Shown here: positions 21,084 to 31,319 of the stretch, piece after piece
How positions within the stretch are numbered: position 1 is the first letter of the stretch
Layout of the letters: the number at the start of each line of letters is the position of its first letter
IMG/VR virus record: IMGVR_UViG_3300027788_000004
Coordinates: 32,001-96,000 of that record
Strand: one strand, 5' to 3'
Length of the DNA stretch: 64,000 bases
DNA from: a virus
Position numbers and translations under genes: made by a program
Notes under the pieces: model-generated
Seen by the model: only the letters and a program-made list of their open reading frames with translations
Told to the model about the DNA's origin: nothing
Databases searched by the model: none

Positions 21084-22280
21084 ATGAAAAACAATTACAT
21101 GAATTTTGAAGTATTCAATGAATACCAATCAATTATAGAAAAACGAAAAAACGAATTTGATTCTTACGAGCCAATTAACGAAGCTTTTGATTCTTCTATA
21201 CTTAGACAACTATCTAGTCAAGAAAGTGGTAGTAGATGGACAAACAAATTTGCTAAAGACTTCTTCAAATTTTCTAACATTAAACTAGATAAAATTACTA
21301 ACGAAGATTTTATTCAGATTAGCCCAGCTGAATGGTGGTCTCAAGGATATTCAAAGAACAATCAAGCTATTGGATTCTTTGTAGATGATAATCCTGAATT
21401 ATTCAAATCTTGGGATACAAGATTACAGCAAAGAATGGATAATGAAGGTAAGAAATTAAAATTAAATAAAATTCTTAAGAATGCACAAGGTGTTGGACTT
21501 GTATTAACAATCATGAGAGGTAAGGTTGGTATGTGGTACGGATTCGAACAAGATGCTGGAACTAGTGGTTATCGTAGATATAAAAAATCACCAGATCAAC
21601 GATATGGTGTTCTTGCCGATCAATGGAGAACTGATTCTTCATATCGTTATGAAGGTGTTCCTTCACCAGATGCAAAAATAACTAGAAAGAATCTTGAATT
21701 AGTTGCAACTAAAGTATATGTTCTTGATATGAGTGCATTAGAATCTAAATATAGTAATTCAGAACTACAAACTGCAAGAGCCGAAGCTAAATCAGGAGCT
21801 GCAGCATTTACTACACCAGAACAAGTTAAAAAGGATAATCAAAGAAGATACGAACAAGCACTACAAGATAAAACAACACCAGATCAATTATGGAAAGATA
21901 TCAGTGGTGCATTAACTAAGTATATGAATTGGTTTCAAACTAAGCTTACCGATATTACTCCAAAAAATGCTAAAGATCTTAATACAAAAGTAAAATTTGG
22001 AGGTTGGGGACAAGAGAGTTTAATTAGACCAATCAATCAAATGCTTAGAACTATTGAAGATATGTCTAGAGAATATGACTATGCAATGAGAGATATGGAA
22101 GCTGCAGAAAAATACGCTGAAAAGATTAAGGATTCTGATGATGATCAGAAAAAACTTCAATACGAAGCAGAAGTAAGTTATTATTCAAAATCAATGGATC
22201 GATATAACACAAAGGCAATGGGTTATAGAAAAGAAATTACTCAATATGTTGCTGATGTTGATGCAATCGTAAAAGGATAA
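21084..22280 (+). CDS. Putative internal head protein
   Basis: MKNNYMNFEVFNE...PINE|A leader, followed by a folded region and a helical C-terminus. Confidence 0.55.
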   Translation: MKNNYMNFEVFNEYQSIIEKRKNEFDSYEPINEAFDSSILRQLSSQESGSRWTNKFAKDFFKFSNIKLDKITNEDFIQISPAEWWSQGYSKNNQAIGFFVDDNPELFKSWDTRLQQRMDNEGKKLKLNKILKNAQGVGLVLTIMRGKVGMWYGFEQDAGTSGYRRYKKSPDQRYGVLADQWRTDSSYRYEGVPSPDAKITRKNLELVATKVYVLDMSALESKYSNSELQTARAEAKSGAAAFTTPEQVKKDNQRRYEQALQDKTTPDQLWKDISGALTKYMNWFQTKLTDITPKNAKDLNTKVKFGGWGQESLIRPINQMLRTIEDMSREYDYAMRDMEAAEKYAEKIKDSDDDQKKLQYEAEVSYYSKSMDRYNTKAMGYRKEITQYVADVDAIVKG

Positions 22281-22294
22281 AATAATACAATATA

Positions 22295-23584
22295 ATGGGT
22301 TTTTATAACTACTCGCAATTTGTTTCAGAAAGTGCTATCAATCAATTTTTATTTGAGGGTGGTTCTTTTGGACATATGGCTCATCCATACGATGATGTTA
22401 ATTTAACATTCAGCGAAATCAAAGATTTAATTTCAGATGCACTTCAAGGAGGCTTAAATAAAGAGGTTGTTACAACTGAAAAATTAGATGGCCAAGCAAT
22501 CGCAGTATCATGGAAAGATGGTAGATTGATTGCATCTAGAAACAAAGGCGATCGAAAGAACTTTGGTGCTGCAGGTTTAACTATACAAGATGTAATAACT
22601 AAATTTGAAGGTCGTGGAGATCTAGCAGATGCCTTTACTTTTGCAATGCAAGATCTAGAATCTGCAATATCTAAGATTAACCCAAAGGAACGAGAGAAAA
22701 TTTTCGGAGAGGGAAAGCGTTTTATGCATTTAGAATTGATTTATCCAAAAACATCGAATGTAATAAATTATGATACACCTAAATTGATATTCCATAATAC
22801 AACAGAATATGATGAAGCTGGTAACGCAGTAGGTGAAGATAAGTCAAATGCATCTACGTTAACAAAACTTATTAAGGATGTTAATGCAGACGTTCAAAAG
22901 AATTTTCAAATAGATCCTCCAAAGGCTGTTGAATTTTCTAAGAATATAAATTATGAATCGGATCGAGCTAGTTTTTATACAGAATTATCAAAAATTCAAA
23001 AATCTACAGGTCTTAAAGATAATCAATCGATAAAAGATTATATTAGAAAACAATACGCCGAAACAATCGAAGGTATGGCTTCTAAGTATGGTTATGATTT
23101 AGCACCTAATATATTAGAAGGTTTAATAAATAGATTCGCATTTCAAGATAAAAGTTTTAGAATTCCTGATATTAAAAAGGCAATAACTAATAAAGATTTT
23201 TTGAAATGGACATTAGATTTTGCTAAAGAAAAAAACGTAGCAAATTATTACAAACAAATTATTTCACCATTTGAAAATCTTTTCTTGAGATTAGGTGTGA
23301 GAGTTATACAATTAGCTACTGGATTCTTAGCATTGAATCCTGATAAAGTAGTTAAAGATATTAAAACTGAATTAGAATCTGGAATTAAAAATCTTAGATC
23401 TTCCGGAAGTGAAGCTGCAAAAGCTAAATTAGAGGCTCAATTAAAAAAATTACAAGCTATTGGAGGATTTGATGCAGTATTACCTTCAGAAGGAATAGTA
23501 TTTCAACATAAAGGAAAGACTTATAAACTTACTGGAGCATTCGCCCCGGTTAATCAGATTCTTGGAATTCTTAGATACGGCTAA
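22295..23584 (+). CDS. RNA/DNA-ligase-superfamily nucleotidyltransferase-like protein with capsid-targeting leader
   Basis: TEKLDG (motif I), EGIVF (motif IV) and YKLTG (motif V), plus N-terminal GHMAHP. Leader [13 protein letters not shown]...LFE|GG. Confidence 0.6.
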   Translation: MGFYNYSQFVSESAINQFLFEGGSFGHMAHPYDDVNLTFSEIKDLISDALQGGLNKEVVTTEKLDGQAIAVSWKDGRLIASRNKGDRKNFGAAGLTIQDVITKFEGRGDLADAFTFAMQDLESAISKINPKEREKIFGEGKRFMHLELIYPKTSNVINYDTPKLIFHNTTEYDEAGNAVGEDKSNASTLTKLIKDVNADVQKNFQIDPPKAVEFSKNINYESDRASFYTELSKIQKSTGLKDNQSIKDYIRKQYAETIEGMASKYGYDLAPNILEGLINRFAFQDKSFRIPDIKKAITNKDFLKWTLDFAKEKNVANYYKQIISPFENLFLRLGVRVIQLATGFLALNPDKVVKDIKTELESGIKNLRSSGSEAAKAKLEAQLKKLQAIGGFDAVLPSEGIVFQHKGKTYKLTGAFAPVNQILGILRYG

Positions 23585-23595
23585 TATATAATTAT

Positions 23596-24612
23596 ATGAA
23601 ATGGATAGGCCAACACATAGTAGATTTAATTACTAGACTTCGTTCCGATGTATATCTTGACGATATAAAGCATACAAATAACCCTACTAAAGTTTTAACG
23701 TTAAATGATAATAATAAGATAACGTTTAGAACACCACATGAAATAGATTCTATTAATAGCATTGGTGCAACTGGTCTTACTGGTAATACTGGTTTAACTG
23801 GATCTACTGGAATGACTGGCTTAACAGGTCTTACTGGCATGACTGGTATCCAAGGAGCTATTGGTAAAACTGGATCTACTGGTCTTACTGGTATCCAAGG
23901 AGCTATTGGTAAAACTGGATCTACTGGTCTTACTGGTATCCAAGGAGCTATTGGTAAAACTGGAATGACAGGTCTTACTGGTTTATCTGGAATGAGCGGC
24001 CAAACAGGATTAACAGGATTAACTGGATTAACTGGAATGAGTGGATCTACTGGATCTACTGGAATACAAGGACCTGCTGGACCTGCCGGCCAAGATAAAC
24101 CAGCCCAAGTAGAATTAGTTAATAATTCGTTTACTATACCAGCAATGAATAAAGATTTACATTATATCGGAGAAGGTGCGGTATCTAGAGTTTATAAAGG
24201 TTGGTCTGGGAGTTCATGGGATAGTACATGGGATTTATCTACCCTTGCTTTACTTCAAACATCATGTACTACTTCTAGAGTTTATAATATCATTAAAGGT
24301 CAAACAACATTCTCAATATGTGGAACCGGATATACAGGAGTAAGAGGTTCAAAAATAAGAATAACAGTTTCTTTTGGAGATTGTTCTTTAGCTGGAGCAA
24401 GAAACTGGCCAAGTTGGACAACGTTAGGGTCTATTGAAGGAACTGCAAATGATAATGGTTCTATTTGCTTTAATGGTACTTTCGTAACACCTACGATTCC
24501 TGCAGTGAAAATCACATGTAATCAAAAATTTATAGTATCATTTACTAGCTTTGATGGTGAAGATCGAATATCAGGACAATTTTCTTATAGAATTCTACAA
24601 TCAATACCTTAA
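23596..24612 (+). CDS. Collagen-like virion fibre protein (Gly-X-Thr repeats plus C-terminal beta domain)
   Basis: More than 30 consecutive G-X-Y triplets dominated by [12 protein letters not shown]. Late motif at 23583. Confidence 0.8.
   Translation: MKWIGQHIVDLITRLRSDVYLDDIKHTNNPTKVLTLNDNNKITFRTPHEIDSINSIGATGLTGNTGLTGSTGMTGLTGLTGMTGIQGAIGKTGSTGLTGIQGAIGKTGSTGLTGIQGAIGKTGMTGLTGLSGMSGQTGLTGLTGLTGMSGSTGSTGIQGPAGPAGQDKPAQVELVNNSFTIPAMNKDLHYIGEGAVSRVYKGWSGSSWDSTWDLSTLALLQTSCTTSRVYNIIKGQTTFSICGTGYTGVRGSKIRITVSFGDCSLAGARNWPSWTTLGSIEGTANDNGSICFNGTFVTPTIPAVKITCNQKFIVSFTSFDGEDRISGQFSYRILQSIP
23842..23964 (+). repeat. 45-bp tandem repeat (about 2.7 copies) in the collagen region
   Basis: ACTGGTATCCAAGGAGCTATTGGTAAAACTGGATCTACTGGTCTT starts at 23842, 23887 and 23932 (last copy partial). 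Confidence 0.9.
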
Positions 24613-24622
24613 TATATAAAAC

Positions 24623-24997
24623 ATGCAAACAGAAACTCGTTATATACAAGTAACATCAATACCAAATATTGATACAGAACTTATTACTCCTGCAATGTTA
24701 GATTTACCAAATTTCCTTTTAGAGAATATAAATTTAGTAAATTCGTTAACAGAAAAAGGTAATACGATAGATCTATATTCAATAGATAGAAGTCAGCGAA
24801 GTAACCCAGAATCACCTAAGTTTTATATTCTTAAAGAACTTAGGTTACCAGTTGGTGCTACTTTAGTTTTAAGCGAAACCGACTTTCCAGCATTCAATGA
24901 TAATTCTCGAATATGGTATCTTCATATAAATAGCGATTTAGAACCACAAGGAACTATAGATGCAGATATAACATTTACTATAAATGAATCTATTTGA
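24623..24997 (+). CDS. Hypothetical late protein (small beta domain)
   Basis: Late motif AATATATAA at 24611; follows the collagen gene. Confidence 0.55.
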   Translation: MQTETRYIQVTSIPNIDTELITPAMLDLPNFLLENINLVNSLTEKGNTIDLYSIDRSQRSNPESPKFYILKELRLPVGATLVLSETDFPAFNDNSRIWYLHINSDLEPQGTIDADITFTINESI

Positions 24998-25014
24998 TAT
25001 ATGTGTCATATAAT
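24986..25014 (+). promoter_or_regulatory. Middle-type promoter GAATC-N16-CATATAAT
   Basis: GAATC tatttgatatatgtgt CATATAAT directly before the glycosylase ATG at 25020. Confidence 0.55.
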
Positions 25015-25019
25015 TATAT

Positions 25020-25409
25020 ATGGCTATAATACAACAAGAGTTTCAACACGATCCATGGAAAATGCTGGTGGGTTGCATAATGCTTAATCAAACTAATAAT
25101 AAACAAGTTAGACGAGTAATTTATGATTTTTTCGAGACATATCCAAATCCGCAATCTATAACAGAAGATTCTATACCAGATATAACTGAGAGATTAAGAC
25201 CTCTAGGTTTCTATAATAGAAGAGCTAGATCTATTCTCAAGTTTAGTCAAGAATATATAAGTAAACAATTCAAACATATCTCTGAATTGTATGGTATTGG
25301 TAAATACGCATCAGATTCTTATGAAATCTTCATCAATGGTAATACAAATGTAGAACCTACTGATAAAATTCTTCTTAGGTATTTGAATGGAGAATTCACA
25401 GAGCAATGA
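25020..25409 (+). CDS. HhH-GPD DNA glycosylase, MBD4-like (T:G/U:G mismatch)
   Basis: HDPWKMLVGCIMLNQT, LRPLGFYNRRA, ELYGIGKYASDSYEIF and EPTD parallel the MBD4 catalytic domain. Confidence 0.85.
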   Translation: MAIIQQEFQHDPWKMLVGCIMLNQTNNKQVRRVIYDFFETYPNPQSITEDSIPDITERLRPLGFYNRRARSILKFSQEYISKQFKHISELYGIGKYASDSYEIFINGNTNVEPTDKILLRYLNGEFTEQ

Positions 25410-25444
25410 GATATATAAAGTATAATTAAAAAAACAAAACTAGA

Positions 25445-26074
25445 ATGAAACATATTAAAAGTTACGATGAATACCTTTTAGAATCTGATTCAGCTAAAGC
25501 TATCGAAGATAGAGTTAATAAAATCGGTGAAGTACAAGATAAAGCTGGCGATATTCAAAAGGATCTAGATGATAAAACTGGAGATCTGAGTAAAGCTGAA
25601 ATAAAATCTGCAACAACTACTGATGGTGGTCATGATGACAAATCTAAAGAAATGGATTCTATTAAAAAGGAATTATCTTCAGATAAACCAACAGAACCTG
25701 CAAGACAAGGTTACGATGATAGAGAAGATGAGTCTATTGGAGCTAGAGATGGTGCTGAAAAAGATAAGAAACAATCTGATAAAGATAGAAGAGATGATTC
25801 TTACGGTAAGTTTGGTAAAAGAGATAGTGAAGATAGAGATGGTCAACATATCGACAAAGCAAACGAATCTAATGAAGAATCAATCGATGAAATGCAAGAG
25901 AAACATGATAAATATGATTCTAGATTAACCTCTATGACACTCGGAAAAGTTCTAGATTTCTTAAAGCAAAAAGATCCAGCTGCATATAAAGATATGGAAA
26001 AATATCTAGAGACAAATTTTAAGGATATGACTACTACGGATGAAGATAATTTCTTTACCGGAATGACTTCTTAA
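25445..26074 (+). CDS. Charged internal head protein
   Basis: MKHIKSYDEYLLE|S leader resembles the T4 CTS MKTYQEFIAE. Late motif at 25410; ANES and IDE sites. Confidence 0.6.
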   Translation: MKHIKSYDEYLLESDSAKAIEDRVNKIGEVQDKAGDIQKDLDDKTGDLSKAEIKSATTTDGGHDDKSKEMDSIKKELSSDKPTEPARQGYDDREDESIGARDGAEKDKKQSDKDRRDDSYGKFGKRDSEDRDGQHIDKANESNEESIDEMQEKHDKYDSRLTSMTLGKVLDFLKQKDPAAYKDMEKYLETNFKDMTTTDEDNFFTGMTS

Positions 26075-26083
26075 AAAAATGAA

Positions 26084-27823
26084 ATGTCTAAATTATTAGA
26101 ATTAAAAGATTTATTTATACAGGAAGGCCGAGATCAAACTCTCGGTCTTTTTGATAAATTTGTAGTAATTAAAGAAAAACTTAATGGTACTGGTATATCT
26201 TTCATTAGAGAATCAGGTAAATTTAAGTTTTTCAAAACCGCTTCAGGTAAAAATCTTACCGAATTAGATAGAACAATTCATTCTATTTACGAAAACACAA
26301 TACATCATATACAATCATTACCTGAAGATATTAAAAAATCTTTAGATAATTATAGATTTAATTTAAGATATTTTCCTTCTAACTACGAGAATAGACCTAA
26401 GAACGGATTGATATTAGAGGATGTTAGAACTTTAGATAAAAATGGAAAGATATTAAAGTTTGTTGACGATCCAAAAGTATTAGATTATTTAGCTCATTTA
26501 TTAGAAATTGAACGATCTCCGGTGTGTTATCACGGTAGATTAAATAAGAAGCAAAAAAATATCATTGTTGAAGGGATAGATAAACCAGAAAAATTATATG
26601 AAAATATGAAAACATTGTTTGGTTATTTCAAAGATATGTCCGATGGATATACAATTAAGTTTTTAGATAAACTAAATGAAGATATATCATTAAAGGTGTT
26701 GAATCCAAAAAGTGATATAAAAATTAAAAGGAAATCTAGAACTCCATCTGATACGTATGCATTAGCATTACAAGATATATTAGAATTTGTACAAACTATT
26801 AATTTAGATAACTTTGCTATAAAAGGAGAAACTAAGGTACAAAGAGTCTTAAATTTATTATCTGACATATATTCTAAGTATATACAAAAGAACGGTAGCA
26901 AATATCAAGATATGACAGATTTAGATGGTCCTGATTTCGCAAAAAATATACCGGAATTCGATGTTAATCTTAAATTTGTTGTAAATAAAAATACAATAAA
27001 GTATTTAGAAAAATCTCAAATCAATCAAGAATTATTCAAATTGTTTTTAGGCACATTTACTAAAAAGAAAAAGAATACATCGGTTTTAATAGATGACAAT
27101 ATGCGATTTGAAATAAATAAATTAGTAGATATGATAAGTGATAGAGCAATAGAAACACCAGAAAATAAAGAAACAGTTCCTACATTTGAAGATTATTTTT
27201 ACAATAAATATCAAAAACGTGCTTTATTAGAATCAGATTACTTTTTGAAAGAAGCTATATTATTAGAAAATGTTTCTAAAGATTTAGTACATAAAGAACC
27301 AGGGAAAACACCGGTTAATATCATCGTTGGTAGATTTCAACCACCGACATTAGGACATATTAAATTACTTAGAAAATTAAATGCAGAAAACAGCCTACCT
27401 TGTGTAATAGTACAAGTTAGATCTAAATCTAAGGGTAATCTTAAATTTGACGAAAGCTTAATTACAAAAATTTGGATGGATATCATTAAACAGTATTCAT
27501 TTATAGTATCAGTTGAAGAAGCTCAAACTGGTTTTTTAGTACCAGTTCTCGATGCGTTGCGTTCTAAATATGAACCAGTTTTATGGGGTACAGGAACAGA
27601 TCGTTATAAAGATTATGTAAGAATGATAAAAAACTATGGACCTGAATGCAATGTTTTAGATGATTTTAGACCGTTCGAAGTTAAACGAGATAGTAAAAAT
27701 ATAAGTGCTACTCAAGTTAGAGATGCAATTGAGGCTGATGATGAAAAATTATTTAAGAAATTAACGCCAAAGGCTGAGCATAGATATTACAAACAATTAA
27801 GAACAGAATTGTTACAATCTTAA
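26084..27823 (+). CDS. Fusion of an RNA-ligase-like domain and a HIGH-family (cytidylyltransferase-like) nucleotidyltransferase
   Basis: N-terminal KEKLNGTG (motif I variant). C-terminal IVGRFQPPTLGH, GTDR and ISATQVR. Linker PTFEDYF...LLES...LLEN. Confidence 0.7.
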   Translation: MSKLLELKDLFIQEGRDQTLGLFDKFVVIKEKLNGTGISFIRESGKFKFFKTASGKNLTELDRTIHSIYENTIHHIQSLPEDIKKSLDNYRFNLRYFPSNYENRPKNGLILEDVRTLDKNGKILKFVDDPKVLDYLAHLLEIERSPVCYHGRLNKKQKNIIVEGIDKPEKLYENMKTLFGYFKDMSDGYTIKFLDKLNEDISLKVLNPKSDIKIKRKSRTPSDTYALALQDILEFVQTINLDNFAIKGETKVQRVLNLLSDIYSKYIQKNGSKYQDMTDLDGPDFAKNIPEFDVNLKFVVNKNTIKYLEKSQINQELFKLFLGTFTKKKKNTSVLIDDNMRFEINKLVDMISDRAIETPENKETVPTFEDYFYNKYQKRALLESDYFLKEAILLENVSKDLVHKEPGKTPVNIIVGRFQPPTLGHIKLLRKLNAENSLPCVIVQVRSKSKGNLKFDESLITKIWMDIIKQYSFIVSVEEAQTGFLVPVLDALRSKYEPVLWGTGTDRYKDYVRMIKNYGPECNVLDDFRPFEVKRDSKNISATQVRDAIEADDEKLFKKLTPKAEHRYYKQLRTELLQS

Positions 27824-27858
27824 AGATATATAGATTATAATTAAAAAAATTAAATAAA

Positions 27859-28473
27859 ATGTTAGAATCATTAAACGAAGGAAGACATCAAGTGAAGCGA
27901 AAATATGGCGAACATCCTAGAATTAGAATCAATGAAAAGGGTGCAAATGTAAGAGATACAATAATTAACTATGTAGGTAAAAATTATGTAAGAGAACAAG
28001 ATCTTAATAATTACTTAATTCGTTTAGAGGAAGATAGAGATGGACATTCTAAAATAAACAAAGTTAAATTTTTTAAGAGAAATCAAAAATTTTTTAGTAC
28101 TTTCGAAAAAAATGGAGAGAAATATATTAGTCTTTCTAAATATGGACAAAGAGTTTTAGAACTTATAAAACAAGATAAAAAAACTCCACCAGCATTAAAT
28201 GAATCTACATTAAGAAACATTCCATCGTTATCTGAATTTGTATCGGTTAACGAAGCTATTGATGTAGAGGAAGCGTCCTTTAATATGGATAAAATCTTTG
28301 GAGACGATCAAGAATCTATTGAGAAGTTTCAAGATATAGAAGATAATGGAGATTGGAAAGATATGGTAAATTATATAGAGGAATGGGGAGATGAGGATAG
28401 ATTATCTGATTATGGTATCACCTCTGATGCACATGTTAAGAAATTTGCTAAACATATAATGAGAAAGCGATAA
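27859..28473 (+). CDS. Internal head polyprotein (two modules)
   Basis: MLESLNE|G start and LNES / SLSEFVSVNE|A linker. The C-terminal module is duplicated in 42265..44001. Confidence 0.65.
   Translation: MLESLNEGRHQVKRKYGEHPRIRINEKGANVRDTIINYVGKNYVREQDLNNYLIRLEEDRDGHSKINKVKFFKRNQKFFSTFEKNGEKYISLSKYGQRVLELIKQDKKTPPALNESTLRNIPSLSEFVSVNEAIDVEEASFNMDKIFGDDQESIEKFQDIEDNGDWKDMVNYIEEWGDEDRLSDYGITSDAHVKKFAKHIMRKR
28285..28461 (+). repeat. Dispersed coding repeat, copy 1 (MDKIFGDDQESIEKFQDIEDNG... cassette)
   Basis: Near-identical to 42550..42726; differences in the first 22 codons are synonymous. Confidence 0.85.
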
Positions 28474-28487
28474 AAAAAATAACAATT

Positions 28488-29213
28488 ATGTCAACATTAG
28501 GTAAATCACAAAAGAATGAATTAGATGAAATGGATGCAGCTGCAACACCAGCATCCGTTAATGGAATGGGTGATATAAGTTTTCCTGGAAATCCTGGTTC
28601 TCAAGATTCTTTTGATACTCAAGAAACTGGTTCCGGTGATATACCTGCAACTAGCTCATTAACAGATAAAGATGATAAAAAGAAAAAGGCAAAAAAGATA
28701 TATGACTTTCTAAAATATAATGCCTTTGTAGAAGAATCAGTGGTAAATGAAGCACGAGATTCTGTTTACATAAAGCAATTAACTGATACATTTAAGAAAT
28801 TCAAATTATCTAGAAAATATGAAATAATGATGGATTCTAGTTATGGTGCCGGTGGTAAGATACCAGTAGTAAGACCTAAAGGTGGATTTGGAGATGGTGC
28901 GATGATAGACAATGGATTGCGTTTAGATGGAGATGGTAAGATTGTAATTAAGAGTTCTAAAAGCGGAATGCCTATACCAGGTGAAAGCGAATTTACGAAC
29001 ATAGATAACGCAATGGTAGCAGCAACCGAATATGTAGATACTATTGATGAAAATGTTCATAATTTAGGTGAAGAACTCGAAGATGCAAGAATGATGAGAG
29101 GTAGTGTTAATTCTCTTAACAAATGGGCCGAGCAAAAAATTAAAGAATCTCATCCTTCATATAATATAAAATCATTTGACGAATTTGAAAATAAAAATTC
29201 AGATATATCTTAA
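28488..29213 (+). CDS. Internal head polyprotein
   Basis: LDE, VEES, VVNEA, IDEN and IKES sites, plus internal FLKYNAF and IKSFDEF targeting-like motifs. Confidence 0.55.
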   Translation: MSTLGKSQKNELDEMDAAATPASVNGMGDISFPGNPGSQDSFDTQETGSGDIPATSSLTDKDDKKKKAKKIYDFLKYNAFVEESVVNEARDSVYIKQLTDTFKKFKLSRKYEIMMDSSYGAGGKIPVVRPKGGFGDGAMIDNGLRLDGDGKIVIKSSKSGMPIPGESEFTNIDNAMVAATEYVDTIDENVHNLGEELEDARMMRGSVNSLNKWAEQKIKESHPSYNIKSFDEFENKNSDIS

Positions 29214-29216
29214 GCT

Positions 29217-29245
29217 GAAACCAACCAACATCTTTTACATATAAT
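29217..29245 (+). promoter_or_regulatory. Middle-type promoter GAAAC-N16-CATATAAT upstream of dut
   Basis: GAAAC caaccaacatctttta CATATAAT. Confidence 0.75.
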
Positions 29246-29263
29246 AATTAAATTATATGTACA

Positions 29264-29707
29264 ATGAAATTCCTAAAAATTAAAGACGTAAAGACACCTA
29301 CTCGAGGTACTAGTCAATCAGCTGGTATAGATCTTTACATACCAAACGATTATCCTATAACAGAAGTTAAACCACAGGACTCTATTTTTATTCCATCCGG
29401 TCTTAAAATAAATGTTCCTACAAATAATGTTTTAATTGCAATGAATAAAAGCGGAATTGCACTTAAAAAGAATTTACAAGTTGGAGCCTGTGTAATCGAT
29501 GAAGATTATCAAGGAGAAATCCATATCCATTTAACAAACGTAGGAAATCAATCTACATTTATTGAAGGCGGTGATAAAATAATTCAATGTGTATTGTTAC
29601 CAGTTAATTATGATATTGTAGAATTAGCAGAATCAGAAGAGGATATGTGGAATGGCGAAAAAACTGAACGTGGTGATGGAGGATTCGGAAGTACTGGAGA
29701 AAAATAA
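29264..29707 (+). CDS. dut: Trimeric dUTPase
   Basis: SAGIDL, KSGIA, VIDEDYQGEI, GDKIIQ and RGDGGFGSTG motifs. Confidence 0.95.
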   Translation: MKFLKIKDVKTPTRGTSQSAGIDLYIPNDYPITEVKPQDSIFIPSGLKINVPTNNVLIAMNKSGIALKKNLQVGACVIDEDYQGEIHIHLTNVGNQSTFIEGGDKIIQCVLLPVNYDIVELAESEEDMWNGEKTERGDGGFGSTGEK

Positions 29708-29711
29708 ATAT

Positions 29712-29936
29712 ATGAAAAACACAATAAATAAAGGTGGACCTAAAATAGATATAAAAAACACAACTCCTGTTAAATGCAGCGAATGTGATTCTGAGTATTT
29801 TCAACAAGCTACACAATTTAGAAAGGCATCTAGATTACTTACTGGTGCTGCAAAAGATACTATGATTCCAATACCAACTATGCGGTGTGCAGATTGTGGA
29901 AATGTTAATGAAGAGTTTAAGATAGAAGAAATATGA
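29712..29936 (+). CDS. Small zinc-ribbon protein
   Basis: CSEC...CADC. The likely start is the ATG at 29712, just after the dut stop, rather than 29652. Confidence 0.7.
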   Translation: MKNTINKGGPKIDIKNTTPVKCSECDSEYFQQATQFRKASRLLTGAAKDTMIPIPTMRCADCGNVNEEFKIEEI

Positions 29937-31318
29937 TATTAGATATAGAAACACGCTTTAATGATTTACGAATCTCCTACTTTGATCATAACGGAGATGT
30001 TAAATTAAAGGATTATAAATTAGGAACACTTCAAAATTGGGCAGTCTGCTCAGAAACAGATCCACAAAAAGATGCTAGATATAGAAATTGGGATGGAAAA
30101 CCAGTTAAAAAAGTTCGTGCTAAATGGCTAAATAAATGGTCAATATACGAGTTTATAAACAACAGCCTAGACATCGAAGAATTATCTGCACTTAATTTTC
30201 CTAAAATTTATTCAATTGATATTGAGACTGAGGTTATCGATGGATTCCCAAACCCTGATATTTGTAGAGAAAGAATAACAACTATTGCAATTGCTACTCA
30301 AGATAAAAAGGTACTTGTTTTAGGATGGAAGCCTATTACAAAAGATCAAGAAAAGAAAATATACGATAATACTAAAAAACACTTAGAAAAATTTGGTGAT
30401 TGGGAATTTAAGTATAAATGTTTTGATGATGAATATAATATGTTATACACATTCATTAATAGATTCTTACCAAATATGGCATTCGTAACCGGTTGGAATT
30501 TTATAGGATTTGATTGGAAATACATTTATAATCGTTGCAAAAAACTTGGAATTGATTGTGCTCAAGCAAGCCCATCTAAAAAAGTTAATCGAGATAATAT
30601 ACCATTACATATCGGAATGATGGATTACTTGCAAATTTATAGACAATTTGATAGAACCGTCGCAGTTAAAGAAAATAATACATTAGATTTCGTTGCAAAC
30701 GCAGTATTAGGTGTAGGAAAGATTAAATATAACGGTTCATTACAAGAACTTTACGAGAATGATTACGATAAATATGTATTCTACAATGCGGTTGATGCTG
30801 CTGTGGTTACAGAAATCCATGAAAAAATTGCAACTATAAATGCGGTACTTTCCGTATCGGTTTTATGCAATATATCTATGTATAAATGTACTTCTGCAGT
30901 AAACATTACTGAAGCATTTTTATGGAAAAAGTATTATGAACGAGATATGGTAGTAGCCGATGAATTTATTAGACCTGGTGAAAAACGAGGTTATGAAGGA
31001 GCTTATGTAAAAGAACCGCAAACTGGATTCTTTAAGGGTGCTGCATGTTTTGATTTTGCTTCTCTATATCCATCGATAATGAGACAAATAAATATATCTC
31101 CTGAATCGTTCGTAAAGAAAGAATCTGATCCAGAAAAATTAGAAGAATATAGGAAAGATCCTACAAAAATAGTATCAGTTACAGGTGCAGTATACGATAA
31201 TAAACCAAGTGCTATGAAAGCAATTTTAACAGAATTGTACTCTAAAAGAAAAACACACAAGAAACGACACCTAGAATTAGAAATTGAAATACAAAAATTA
31301 AAAAAAATCAAAGAATAA
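29933..31318 (+). CDS. gp43: Family B DNA polymerase, N-terminal subunit (3'-5' exonuclease, motif A, first finger helix)
   Basis: IDIET, GWNF.GFD, YNAVD, YEGAYVKEP and DFASLYPSIM. It ends after LYSKRKTHK without motifs B or C. Confidence 0.9.
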   Translation: MILDIETRFNDLRISYFDHNGDVKLKDYKLGTLQNWAVCSETDPQKDARYRNWDGKPVKKVRAKWLNKWSIYEFINNSLDIEELSALNFPKIYSIDIETEVIDGFPNPDICRERITTIAIATQDKKVLVLGWKPITKDQEKKIYDNTKKHLEKFGDWEFKYKCFDDEYNMLYTFINRFLPNMAFVTGWNFIGFDWKYIYNRCKKLGIDCAQASPSKKVNRDNIPLHIGMMDYLQIYRQFDRTVAVKENNTLDFVANAVLGVGKIKYNGSLQELYENDYDKYVFYNAVDAAVVTEIHEKIATINAVLSVSVLCNISMYKCTSAVNITEAFLWKKYYERDMVVADEFIRPGEKRGYEGAYVKEPQTGFFKGAACFDFASLYPSIMRQINISPESFVKKESDPEKLEEYRKDPTKIVSVTGAVYDNKPSAMKAILTELYSKRKTHKKRHLELEIEIQKLKKIKE

Positions 31319-31319
31319 A

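Noticed and set aside
28453-28460. CATATAAT as another middle promoter (also at 18152)
   Set aside because: No GAAWC lies 16 nt upstream and both sites are within coding sequence.
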